Below are positions 55,443 to 64,000 of a DNA stretch of 64,000 bases, in pieces. The translations under genes and the position numbers were made by a program. Origin of the DNA: Spirulina subsalsa PCC 9445 (GTDB taxonomy: Bacteria > Cyanobacteriota > Cyanobacteriia > Cyanobacteriales > Spirulinaceae); the NCBI RefSeq assembly GCF_000314005.1, contig NZ_JH980292.1, positions 796,530 to 860,529 on the forward strand, given 5' to 3'. Every line of letters starts with the position of its first letter. Position 1 is the stretch's first letter. The notes beneath the pieces were generated by a model, which ran no database searches, was not told the DNA's origin, and saw only the letters and a list, made by a program, of their open reading frames with translations.

Positions 55443-56723
55443 TCAAAATTTTGAGGTTATAATGGGTCTTATTTTGTTCAACACAAAATACAAAAAAATA
55501 GCGAACAAAATTCCATAAATTGGCTTAACTCCCGGTGTAACATAAGCCAAAGCAGAGGCTAAGATATAAGCCGTAATACCTGACAGATTCCAATCCGCTT
55601 GAAGTGCGGTTAAATGGGGGAATTCTTCTCGATAATTAAGCCAAAAATCTGCAATAATTACCCCACCAATTGGTGGGATAAACGTACCTAATAACAGAAG
55701 AAAATTAAGAAATTGTTCACTGCCATAAATACCGCCAAAGGTTAACGCCAACGCAAAAGTTGCTCCTCCCAACACCATTAAATGGCGTTTTTCCGTGCGG
55801 AACGCATGACATCCAGCGACAGAGAAAGCATAAATGGTATTGTCCTGAGTCGTCCACATATTGAGGACAAAGAGCAAAACTCCTCCCATTAATAACCCTT
55901 GCTGCGCCATGACTTGCACAATATCCGCCTGATTATAGGCTAACGCACAGTAAGCACCACTGAAAATCAAAAACCCATTCCCCAAGCAAAAGGCGATAAA
56001 AGTGGCTATTGCCCCGATTTTACCTGAACTGGCAAAACGACTCCAATTCGTGGCTTGTGTGCCGCCAGAGACAAAAGTCCCAACAATTATGGTGATGGCT
56101 GCACTCAGGGGAAGTTCCTCACTCGGGACAAGATTTTGCATCCCACTCCATCCCCCAACATCTTGGGTCGCAATAGTTAAACTCCACAGCATCAAGATTA
56201 CAATGGCCGGGACGGCAATCCGACTTAACCAATCTAACCCCTTATAGCCAATATAGGCGGTGGCACAAAATCCGTAAGTGACGAGGAGAATTAATAGCCA
56301 GTTGAGGGATTCTGGAAAACCCACCAGTTGATTCAATAAATCGGCCATCAAACCAGAACCCCAAGCATACCAGCCAATTTGGGTAAAGCCCAAAATAAAA
56401 TCAACCCAACGAGAGCCTATATTACCAAAACTGAAGCGCGCCATTAAAACGGTATTTAACCCAGTTTTTCCGGCAATATAGCCTAAAAATGCGGAATAAA
56501 TCCCTAAAATAAGATTGCCGAATACAATCACAAGCAGCAAGTCCGGGAAAAAGCGAAAAGCCGGTCCGACTAATCCCCCCGCAAACAGGGTGCCGGAGTA
56601 GAGGGTAAAGCCAATTAATAAGGGGGCAAGAGAGATTAAACTTTTGCGACTTTCCCGAGGCACAGGACTGAGGGGATAGTCTTCGCTTTTTTCAACTTGT
56701 GCTAAGAGTTCAGGTTGTAGCAT
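55443..56723 (-). CDS. NCS1-family (purine/cytosine/allantoin-type) permease, immediately upstream of the kinase gene
   Basis: 12 TM helices with a CodB/NCS1-like sequence. The start is most likely the ATG at 56723 (MLQPELL). Confidence 0.65.
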   Translation of the reverse strand: MLQPELLAQVEKSEDYPLSPVPRESRKSLISLAPLLIGFTLYSGTLFAGGLVGPAFRFFPDLLLVIVFGNLILGIYSAFLGYIAGKTGLNTVLMARFSFGNIGSRWVDFILGFTQIGWYAWGSGLMADLLNQLVGFPESLNWLLILLVTYGFCATAYIGYKGLDWLSRIAVPAIVILMLWSLTIATQDVGGWSGMQNLVPSEELPLSAAITIIVGTFVSGGTQATNWSRFASSGKIGAIATFIAFCLGNGFLIFSGAYCALAYNQADIVQVMAQQGLLMGGVLLFVLNMWTTQDNTIYAFSVAGCHAFRTEKRHLMVLGGATFALALTFGGIYGSEQFLNFLLLLGTFIPPIGGVIIADFWLNYREEFPHLTALQADWNLSGITAYILASALAYVTPGVKPIYGILFAIFLYFVLNKIRPIITSKF

Positions 56724-56881
56724 CACCGATATTTCATGAGTTAATCTTGTTTGGCTTAGGCTACAGGAATTTGGGGACTGTGAACTGTTACAAAGTCCAC
56801 AAATCACTTGTAGCGATTAGTTTGAGTATGAGAGAATGTGGGTTATTTTGTCAGCGTTCGTTAGGGTCTGCTGAATATCCA

Positions 56882-56955
56882 TAGTTTGAGGAAACAGGGA
56901 ACAGGGAATAGAGCGTCTAGCAAAGGTCTACCTCATGAGTCACGAAAATACTATA
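56882..56955. repeat. Direct-repeat copy A (about 72 bp), covering the ureG 5' UTR, start codon and first 5 codons
   Basis: About 85% identical to 57617-57683. Confidence 0.75.
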
Positions 56956-57579
56956 GTATCGGAGTATCAGGAAATGACTGTCAAGAGTGCTTTTCGGATT
57001 GGGATTGCCGGGCCGGTGGGGTCAGGTAAAACGGCTTTATTAGAGGCCTTGTGTAAAAAGTTGCGGGACTCTTATCAAATTGCGGTAGTGACGAATGATA
57101 TTTATACCCAAGAAGATGCTCAGTTTTTGGTGCGGGCGGGTGCTTTGGCAGATGAGCGCATTTTAGGGGTGGAAACGGGGGGCTGTCCTCATACGGCTAT
57201 TCGGGAGGATGCTTCGATGAATTTGGCAGCGATTGAGGAGCTAGAACAGCGTTTTCAGCCTCTGGATTTGGTGTTTTTAGAAAGTGGGGGGGACAATTTA
57301 GCGGCGACGTTTAGCCCGGAATTAGTGGATTTAACTCTTTATGTGATTGATGTGGCGGCTGGGGATAAAATCCCGCGCAAAGGGGGGCCGGGGATTACGA
57401 AATCGGATCTTTTGGTGATTAATAAAATTGATCTTGCGCCTTGGGTGGGGGCGGATTTGGGGGTGATGGAACGGGATGCCAAAAAGATGCGGGGTGATAA
57501 GCCTTTTGTGTTTACGAATCTCAAGACTCAGGAAGGTTTAGAGCGGGTGGTTGAGTTTATTAAGCGACAGAAGCTATAA
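56935..57579 (+). CDS. ureG: Urease accessory GTPase UreG
   Basis: P-loop [10 protein letters not shown], with typical UreG length and sequence (ESGGDNL, NKIDLA). Confidence 0.9.
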   Translation: MSHENTIVSEYQEMTVKSAFRIGIAGPVGSGKTALLEALCKKLRDSYQIAVVTNDIYTQEDAQFLVRAGALADERILGVETGGCPHTAIREDASMNLAAIEELEQRFQPLDLVFLESGGDNLAATFSPELVDLTLYVIDVAAGDKIPRKGGPGITKSDLLVINKIDLAPWVGADLGVMERDAKKMRGDKPFVFTNLKTQEGLERVVEFIKRQKL

Positions 57580-57616
57580 CTATAGCAATTTCCCTACTGG
57601 CGAGATACAGAGTCTC

Positions 57617-57683
57617 TAGTTTGAGGGAACAGGGAACAGAGCGTTTAACAAAGGTCTACCTCATGAGCCACGAAAAGGCTATA
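57617..57683. repeat. Direct-repeat copy B, downstream of ureG. It carries a duplicated ATGAGCCACGAAAA start that opens a 24-codon ORF (57663-57737).
   Basis: Aligned by eye to copy A. Confidence 0.75.
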
Positions 57684-57804
57684 CCTTGTCTGTTCCCTCT
57701 TGAAGGTCAGCTATTTCTATACCCCACCGCCTAATGATTCAGGGAACGCGAGGCCCCAGAAAAGCATCTAGAATAAAAAACTAGAATCCCAGCTTGCTCA
57801 CGTC

Positions 57805-59103
57805 ATGACTCAACGATACATCACTAGCTTGTTACTTTGGCTCTGCTTGTTTCCCTTGTGCAGTGGGGCTCCCGCTTGGGCGCAACGGACGGAACGAATG
57901 TGGCCCGAGCGGACTCGACCGGAACGGATGGAACGGGAACGGGAGGAGAGGAAAGAGGAAGAGGAGGAGGATGATGGGGAGTTTTATAACCCTTTAGATA
58001 TGAAAGAGCGAGATCCGTTGATTCCCCTTGAGGTGTTTAATGAGCGGCGTTCTTTGTCCACACAGGAACAGGCGGAGTTAGGGGCATTGTTGGGGCCGAT
58101 GGCGTTGATGGCGGCGAATCTCTACGATGGGGGACAAACGGAGGAGGCTTTTGAGTTGTGGTACCGGGAGGCACGACTGCGCCGCTTTTTGGGGCCGCTG
58201 GCGGAGGTGGAAGCTTTGGGACGACTGGGGGAGGTGGCCTGGAATGAAAACCGCACGGAGGATGTGGTGGTGGTGCGGGAGCGTTTGCAGGGGATTCAGG
58301 AGGAGGCGACGAAGGGTCAGGAGAAGTCCCAGTTAGACCGTCCTCTCTATACGGCGTTGGGGCAGGCTTACGCGAGGATTCGGGCGCGTTATGATGCTTT
58401 GGCGATGTATGAGTTCATTCTGGCGGATGTGCGCGCTACGGGGGATTTAGGGGCTTTAGAGCAAACGTTGAATTTGATTGGGGTGTTTCATAAGGGGTGG
58501 TTTGATTTTTTGGCGGCGGCGCGGGTCTATGAGGAGTTGCTGGCTTTGGCTCAAGGTCAGTTTGATGTGGCGGGTGAGCGGCGTTATTTGGAGGAGTTGG
58601 TGTATATCTATGATGAGTCGCGGCAGTATGAAAAGGCGATCGCCGTTAAAGAACCTCTCCTGCTTAGTTATGCTCAAAAGGAGGAGTTTTTTAACAAAAT
58701 TGCCCCGGTGCAAATCTCTCTGGGTCAGGATTATTTACGCTTAGGGGAGAAGGAACAGGCGATCGCCAATTTGGAGGCGGCCTTTAATTGGGCTTGGGAT
58801 AATGAACAATGGGGCTATGCCAGCAATGCCCTAGAAGCCCTCGCAGCACTCTATGTCCAGTATGACCAGCTTGATTATGCCCTCCAACTCTATCAAGAAC
58901 AGCTAAAGGCGGCTCAATCAACTTACAATTTTTACGAAATAATGACCATCTATGACCGGATGGGAGAATTATATTTAAAATTGAATAATCAGCCCCAAGC
59001 CCTACAAGCGTTTCGGGAAGCCCTACGCTTTGCTGAAGCTATCCAACATCAAGAAGAATATTTTGAGGAAAAAATTACTGATATTCTTAATAATTTTCTT
59101 TAG
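57805..59103 (+). CDS. Secreted TPR-like helical-repeat protein with a highly charged (ERMERERE/E-rich) N-terminal segment
   Basis: Signal peptide LLWLCLFPLCSGAPAWA and repeated A/L/Y/E-rich helices. Confidence 0.5.
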   Translation: MTQRYITSLLLWLCLFPLCSGAPAWAQRTERMWPERTRPERMEREREERKEEEEEDDGEFYNPLDMKERDPLIPLEVFNERRSLSTQEQAELGALLGPMALMAANLYDGGQTEEAFELWYREARLRRFLGPLAEVEALGRLGEVAWNENRTEDVVVVRERLQGIQEEATKGQEKSQLDRPLYTALGQAYARIRARYDALAMYEFILADVRATGDLGALEQTLNLIGVFHKGWFDFLAAARVYEELLALAQGQFDVAGERRYLEELVYIYDESRQYEKAIAVKEPLLLSYAQKEEFFNKIAPVQISLGQDYLRLGEKEQAIANLEAAFNWAWDNEQWGYASNALEALAALYVQYDQLDYALQLYQEQLKAAQSTYNFYEIMTIYDRMGELYLKLNNQPQALQAFREALRFAEAIQHQEEYFEEKITDILNNFL

Positions 59104-59143
59104 CATTTTTTGCTAGCTTTTATGTATATGTCTAGCTAAAAAA

Positions 59144-62100
59144 ATGTCCTCTCATCAACCTTCTACCCAAAAATCTGCAAACTTTTATGTAGTTGGAATC
59201 GGTGCTTCTGCCGGGGGGTTGCGTGCGCTAGAGGAGTTTTTTGATCATATGCCCATTGATAGCGGGGCGGCCTATGTAGTGATTCAACATCTTTCACCGG
59301 ATTTTAAAAGTTTGATGAAAGAATTGTTAGAACGCCGGACGAGAATGCAGGTCTACCGGGTGGAAAATGGGATGGTTTTAAAGCCTAACTGTGTGTATCT
59401 TATTCCGCCGCGTAATAATTTAATTGTCGAAAAAAGACGATTAAAGTTAATTAAACAGGCAGAAAATCCCCGTCATCAACCGAATTTTCCCATTGATATT
59501 TTTTTACAATCTCTAGCGAAAGATTGTAGTGATCGGGCGATTGGGGTTATTTTATCGGGAACGGGGAGTGATGGGACAAAGGGACTGCAAGCGATTAGTG
59601 AGGTGGGGGGGATTACCTTTGTGCAGTCTCCGACAACGGCTGAGTTTGATGGAATGCCCCAAAGTGCGATCGCCACCGGAATAGTGGATCAGGTGTTATC
59701 CCCGCCCGACCTAGCCCGCATGATTTGTGATATGGTGCGCATGGGACGCAACGCCCCCCCCAATCATGATCTCTCCCTCACAGAAATTGAGTCGGATAAA
59801 TTGCGGACGATTTTAAATATTCTCAATGAAGCCGAAAAACTAGACTTTTCCTATTACAAACCTAGCACCCTGAGCCGTCGCATTTATCGCCGTTGTTCCC
59901 TCTCTGGGTGTAGTAGTTTAGATGAATATATCGAGCGCATGAAAACCTCCGTCGAAGAACGGTTATTATTGCGCGATGATTTAATGATTGGGGTGACACG
60001 GTTTTTCCGGGATACGAAAGCCTGGGAAGTTTTGGAAACTGAGATATTACCCAACTTAATTGGACAATTAAAAGACGGCCAACAATTGCGCGTCTGGGTA
60101 ACAGCTTGTGCCACAGGGGAAGAAGCCTATTCTATGGCCATCTTAATTGATGAAGTTCTAACCCGGTTGAAAAAGAACCTCAGCGTGAAGATATTCGCCA
60201 CAGATATTGATAACGGGGCTTTAGCTAAGGCCTCCGAGGGCGTTTATCCTGAGAGTATTATGAGCGATTTGTCGCGATCGCGCCTTGAAAAATACTTTCT
60301 TCTGCGCAACAAATCCTTCCATGTGGTGCGAAACCTGCGCCAGATGATTATTTTTGCCCCCCACAACCTCGCCAAAAACGCCGGATTTACCCGGATGCAC
60401 CTCATCACCTGCCGCAACGTCCTAATTTATATGCAGCCCTCCCTGCAACAGCACGTTTTGCGGATGCTACACTTTTCCTTGGTCCATAAAGGCTATCTCT
60501 TCCTTGGTTCCGCCGAAACCCCCGGCGACCTAATCGAAGAATTTACCACCCTCAATGAAAAGTGCAAAATCTACCAAAAACGGCGCAACATTCGCCTCCC
60601 CATTTCCGTTCCCACCTTTGATTATGTTGCTCCTTCCCCGGCCTATTCCGCCCTCCCCCGCAACAGTAGCACCCAACTCCACCCCGTCATTAGCAACGCC
60701 TTCAGTGCCTTTGTCCGCAAACGGAACTGTTCCTGCATCTTAGTCAACGCCCAACACGAATTATTCCATGTGGTGACAGATCCCCTCAATATCCTGCGCT
60801 TTCCAGAAGGACAGATGACCAAGGAAATCAGCGAATTAGTGCCAGATTCCCTGAAATTACCCCTTAACACCGCCATTCACCGCGCCAAACGGGAAAATAA
60901 CCCCGTTCTCTACACCGGAATTCAATTTGAGCAGAATAACATGGTTTGGAGCGTTAACTTAGAGGTTAGTTATCAGGCCGGAAATGCCCGAGTGGATGAT
61001 TACTTTCTCCTAGTCATTGAACCCGAAGAACGCACCGTCAAAACCACCTACGCCGAACCCTTTGATGTCGATGCCAAAACCACCCAACGCCTGTTAGACC
61101 TAGAATATGAACTGCAACAGACCAGGGAAAACCTCCAGGCCACCATTGAGGAACTCGAAACCACCAACGAAGAACAACAGGCCACCAACGAGGAACTTTT
61201 AGCCTCCAACGAAGAGTTACAGAGTACCAACGAAGAACTCCACTCCGTCAACGAGGAACTCTATACCGTCAATGCAGAATATCAGAGCAAAATCAAGGAA
61301 CTAACGGAACTCACCAACGATGTAGACAATCTGCTACGGAGTACCGATATTGGGGTAGTGTTTTTAGATCGTCATCTGCGGATTCGCAAATTTACCCCGG
61401 CCGCTACCTTGGCGATTAATTTAGTCGATACAGATTTAGAACGTCCCATTGAACATATTACCCATAACATGGACTGCCCCAATTTCCTCGACCTGTTGCA
61501 ACAGGTCGCTGAAACGGGCAAACCCTTAGAACAAGAGGTCATCATCCCCAAAACCCAAGACTTTTTACTGATGCGCTTGCACCCCTATTTACAGAGTAAT
61601 GATGTTTCTAACGGGGTGGTGATGACCTTCGTCAAGGTCAATGAAATGAAACAGGTGCAAGAACAATTGCGCAACCGGACTCAAGAAATTGAAAACCTCT
61701 ACGCTAATATTCCCATCGGTTTGGGGGTGCAAGATCACCAGTTGCGGTTTGTGCAGGTGAATGAGGTGTTAGCGCGCATCAATGGCTACTCGGTGGCGGA
61801 ACATTTGGGCAAAACGACAGCCGAATTGCTGCCAGATTTAACGTCGAGGATGGAACCCCTCGTGCGTCAGGTGTTGGAAACGGGAGAGGCCATCTGTAAT
61901 GTGGAAATTACCGGAACAACTCCCGCACAACCGGGGATTGAGCGACACTGGTTAATGAACTATTATCCCGTGAGTTTAGGAGAAGTTAGTTCAGAGGAAC
62001 TAATCAAAAATCCCAGCTTAGAGAAAGGGGTGGGGTGTGTGGTGATGGAAGTGACGGAATTGAAGCAAATGCAGGAAGCCATCCGCCACAATGAAGCCCG

Positions 62101-64000
62101 TCTGCGCTATCTTTTAACCTCTAGTCCGGCCGTGATCTTTACCTGCGAGCCTGATTATCCCTACGCGGCGATATATCTCAGTGACAATATTCAGGATATT
62201 GTGGGTTATAGTGCGGTGGAGTTCCTCAAAGATCGACACTTTTGGCGGACTCATCTGCACCCGGAAGATCGGGAACGGGTGTTAGGGGAACTGCCCCAAA
62301 TTTACCAACAAGGCACCTATAGCCAACAGTACCGTTTTCGCTGTGCCGATGGGGAATACCGTTGGTTATATGCTCAACTACGTTTAACGCGCAATGAGCA
62401 AGGGAAACCTCAAGAATGTGTGGGGTATTGGGTGGATATTAGCGATCGCGTCATCAGTCAAAATGCCCTCCGCTATCAGCTAAAACGCACGGTACTACTC
62501 AAACAAATTAGCGAACAAATTCGCCAAAGTTTAGACAGTCAGCAAGTGTTTGATACCACCGTGCAACAACTGACTCGTGTTCTCCATGTGGATCGTTGCC
62601 TGCTGCATATTTACCAACCGGATCAAGATACACCCTCCCCCCAAAACCTCCATCTGGTGGCTGAATATTGCGTTGAAGACTACCCCTCCTTACGGGGAGA
62701 AGCCCTCCAAATCCCCGTAGTCGATAACCAACACCTCGCCGCCCTCCTCAAGGGCGAAAAGGCCATTGTCACCCCAGATCCCACCACAGATCCCCTATTT
62801 GAGGGACTCACCCCCCTCATTGAACAACTACAGATTAAATCCATGTTGGCCATTTGTACCTTTTACCAAGGGAAACCTAACGGGGTGATTGGTTTGCACC
62901 AGTGCGATAAACCGCGAGATTGGACGACAGAAGATATAGAACTACTGGAATCCGTCGCCAGTCAAGTGGGAATTGCGATCGCCCATGCTCAACTCCTCGA
63001 ACAAAGCCAACAGCGTTCCCTCGAACTCGAAAAAGCCACCCAAGAAGCCAAAGCGGCCAACCTCGCTAAAAGCGAATTTCTCGCCAATATGAGCCACGAA
63101 ATCCGCACCCCCATGAACGCCATTCTCGGCTTTTCCGAACTCTTACAAGACCTAATCACCGACGAAACCAGCCAATCCTACCTGAACTCTATTATTAGCA
63201 GTGGCAGCACCCTATTAGCCCTGATTAACGACATTCTGGATCTCTCCAAAATAGAGGCCGGGAAATTAGAACTCCACTATGAACCCGTCAACCTCCATCT
63301 GTTATTACAGGAAATTCACCAAATTTTCTCCCAAAAAGCCGAACAAAAACAACTGGATCTCATCTTAGATGTAGCACCAACCACCCCCTGGGGAATCTAT
63401 ATGGATGAGGTGCGTTTACGGCAAATTTTATTTAACGTCGTCGGCAATGCCATTAAATTCACCGATCAGGGTTTTGTAAAAATTAAAGTCTGGTGTGAAG
63501 ACATCAAAACCCAGTCGCCTTGTCCCTCAGACTCCCATCCCGAGTTCATTTCCCTCAAAATCCAAATCGCAGACTCCGGCATTGGTATTCAAGATGATCA
63601 ACAAGACATTATCTTTGATGCCTTCCATCAAAACGAAGGACAAAACACCCGGTTATATGGAGGAACCGGCCTCGGATTAACCATTACCAAACGTCTCACC
63701 CTCAAATTAGGCGGCACCGTTACCGTTAACAGTCACCTCGGAGAAGGGAGTTGTTTTGAAATTACCCTGCCTCACGTCCAAGTTACCGAAACCCCACCCC
63801 CTCCCTCTTCCCCTCTGGCCCAACGGGAAGACTTTAATCAACTACAACCCGCTACCTTGTTAGTCGTCGATGATGTAGCCTCTAACTTAGAACTCATTGC
63901 GGGATACTTCAAAGACAGCCACCATCAGGTTTTCACCGCTCAAAATGGGTTAGATGCGATCGCCCAAGCCCAAAGCACCCCCCCCAACTTAATTCTACTC
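59144..64000 (+). CDS. Giant chemotaxis-type hybrid sensor: CheB methylesterase, CheR methyltransferase, (T/S)NEEL coiled-coil, PAS x2-3, GAF, HisKA, HATPase, REC. The ORF runs off the window end.
   Basis: Read contiguously with no stop. CheB ([19 protein letters not shown]), CheR ([20 protein letters not shown]), H-box [31 protein letters not shown], and [17 protein letters not shown]. Absent from the ORF track because there is no stop within the window. Confidence 0.85.
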   Translation, partial: MSSHQPSTQKSANFYVVGIGASAGGLRALEEFFDHMPIDSGAAYVVIQHLSPDFKSLMKELLERRTRMQVYRVENGMVLKPNCVYLIPPRNNLIVEKRRLKLIKQAENPRHQPNFPIDIFLQSLAKDCSDRAIGVILSGTGSDGTKGLQAISEVGGITFVQSPTTAEFDGMPQSAIATGIVDQVLSPPDLARMICDMVRMGRNAPPNHDLSLTEIESDKLRTILNILNEAEKLDFSYYKPSTLSRRIYRRCSLSGCSSLDEYIERMKTSVEERLLLRDDLMIGVTRFFRDTKAWEVLETEILPNLIGQLKDGQQLRVWVTACATGEEAYSMAILIDEVLTRLKKNLSVKIFATDIDNGALAKASEGVYPESIMSDLSRSRLEKYFLLRNKSFHVVRNLRQMIIFAPHNLAKNAGFTRMHLITCRNVLIYMQPSLQQHVLRMLHFSLVHKGYLFLGSAETPGDLIEEFTTLNEKCKIYQKRRNIRLPISVPTFDYVAPSPAYSALPRNSSTQLHPVISNAFSAFVRKRNCSCILVNAQHELFHVVTDPLNILRFPEGQMTKEISELVPDSLKLPLNTAIHRAKRENNPVLYTGIQFEQNNMVWSVNLEVSYQAGNARVDDYFLLVIEPEERTVKTTYAEPFDVDAKTTQRLLDLEYELQQTRENLQATIEELETTNEEQQATNEELLASNEELQSTNEELHSVNEELYTVNAEYQSKIKELTELTNDVDNLLRSTDIGVVFLDRHLRIRKFTPAATLAINLVDTDLERPIEHITHNMDCPNFLDLLQQVAETGKPLEQEVIIPKTQDFLLMRLHPYLQSNDVSNGVVMTFVKVNEMKQVQEQLRNRTQEIENLYANIPIGLGVQDHQLRFVQVNEVLARINGYSVAEHLGKTTAELLPDLTSRMEPLVRQVLETGEAICNVEITGTTPAQPGIERHWLMNYYPVSLGEVSSEELIKNPSLEKGVGCVVMEVTELKQMQEAIRHNEARLRYLLTSSPAVIFTCEPDYPYAAIYLSDNIQDIVGYSAVEFLKDRHFWRTHLHPEDRERVLGELPQIYQQGTYSQQYRFRCADGEYRWLYAQLRLTRNEQGKPQECVGYWVDISDRVISQNALRYQLKRTVLLKQISEQIRQSLDSQQVFDTTVQQLTRVLHVDRCLLHIYQPDQDTPSPQNLHLVAEYCVEDYPSLRGEALQIPVVDNQHLAALLKGEKAIVTPDPTTDPLFEGLTPLIEQLQIKSMLAICTFYQGKPNGVIGLHQCDKPRDWTTEDIELLESVASQVGIAIAHAQLLEQSQQRSLELEKATQEAKAANLAKSEFLANMSHEIRTPMNAILGFSELLQDLITDETSQSYLNSIISSGSTLLALINDILDLSKIEAGKLELHYEPVNLHLLLQEIHQIFSQKAEQKQLDLILDVAPTTPWGIYMDEVRLRQILFNVVGNAIKFTDQGFVKIKVWCEDIKTQSPCPSDSHPEFISLKIQIADSGIGIQDDQQDIIFDAFHQNEGQNTRLYGGTGLGLTITKRLTLKLGGTVTVNSHLGEGSCFEITLPHVQVTETPPPPSSPLAQREDFNQLQPATLLVVDDVASNLELIAGYFKDSHHQVFTAQNGLDAIAQAQSTPPNLILL

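Overview
This window looks like a cyanobacterial chromosomal segment. The 8-mer GCGATCGC (HIP1) recurs throughout, intergenic regions are packed with tandem heptamer arrays (CGGGAGT, GGGAACA, GGTAATA, the STRR-like class), and apcD is present.

Recognisable genes:
- The rpmI-rplT ribosomal pair.
- A co-directional respiratory cluster on the minus strand: ctaC, ctaD, ctaE, ctaA, ctaB (cytochrome c oxidase plus heme A and heme O synthases).
- hcp (hybrid cluster protein), dnaA, apcD, pnp, ureG.
- A GH116/GBA2-type glucosylceramidase and a YjbQ-family protein.
- A BMP-family ABC transporter substrate-binding protein.
- A CopRS-like two-component system divergent from an RND metal-efflux operon (adaptor, pump, small lipoprotein).
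- Many signal-transduction genes: a REC-GGDEF-EAL protein, several histidine kinases, and a giant CheB-CheR-PAS-GAF hybrid kinase that runs off the window end and is absent from the ORF track.

The most system-like unexplained block lies between apcD and pnp (about 36.9 to 47.2 kb). It is a tight minus-strand operon of a large dynamin-like GTPase (726 aa), a small P-loop GTPase (323 aa) and a single-pass membrane protein with a coiled coil (376 aa). The architecture matches the LeoABC (Eleos) split-dynamin arrangement. Flanking it are a class III adenylate cyclase and an SNF2 helicase upstream, and a DUF29 protein plus a small membrane protein downstream.

Other observations:
- A roughly 160 to 180 bp MITE-like element in two inverted copies with terminal inverted repeats, 6-bp flanking duplications and a variable internal heptamer array.
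- A decayed TnpB (IS200/IS605) C-terminal fragment next to hcp.
- Several families of REP-like hairpin repeats.
- A roughly 70 bp direct repeat bracketing ureG that duplicates its start codon.
- A hybrid histidine kinase split by a single in-frame TGA.
- A truncated GT2 glycosyltransferase remnant overlapping a gtrA-like gene stop by ATGA.
- An orphan DUF790 (Bax1-like) nuclease.

All calls come from reading the sequence and the supplied translations by eye. No database search was run.
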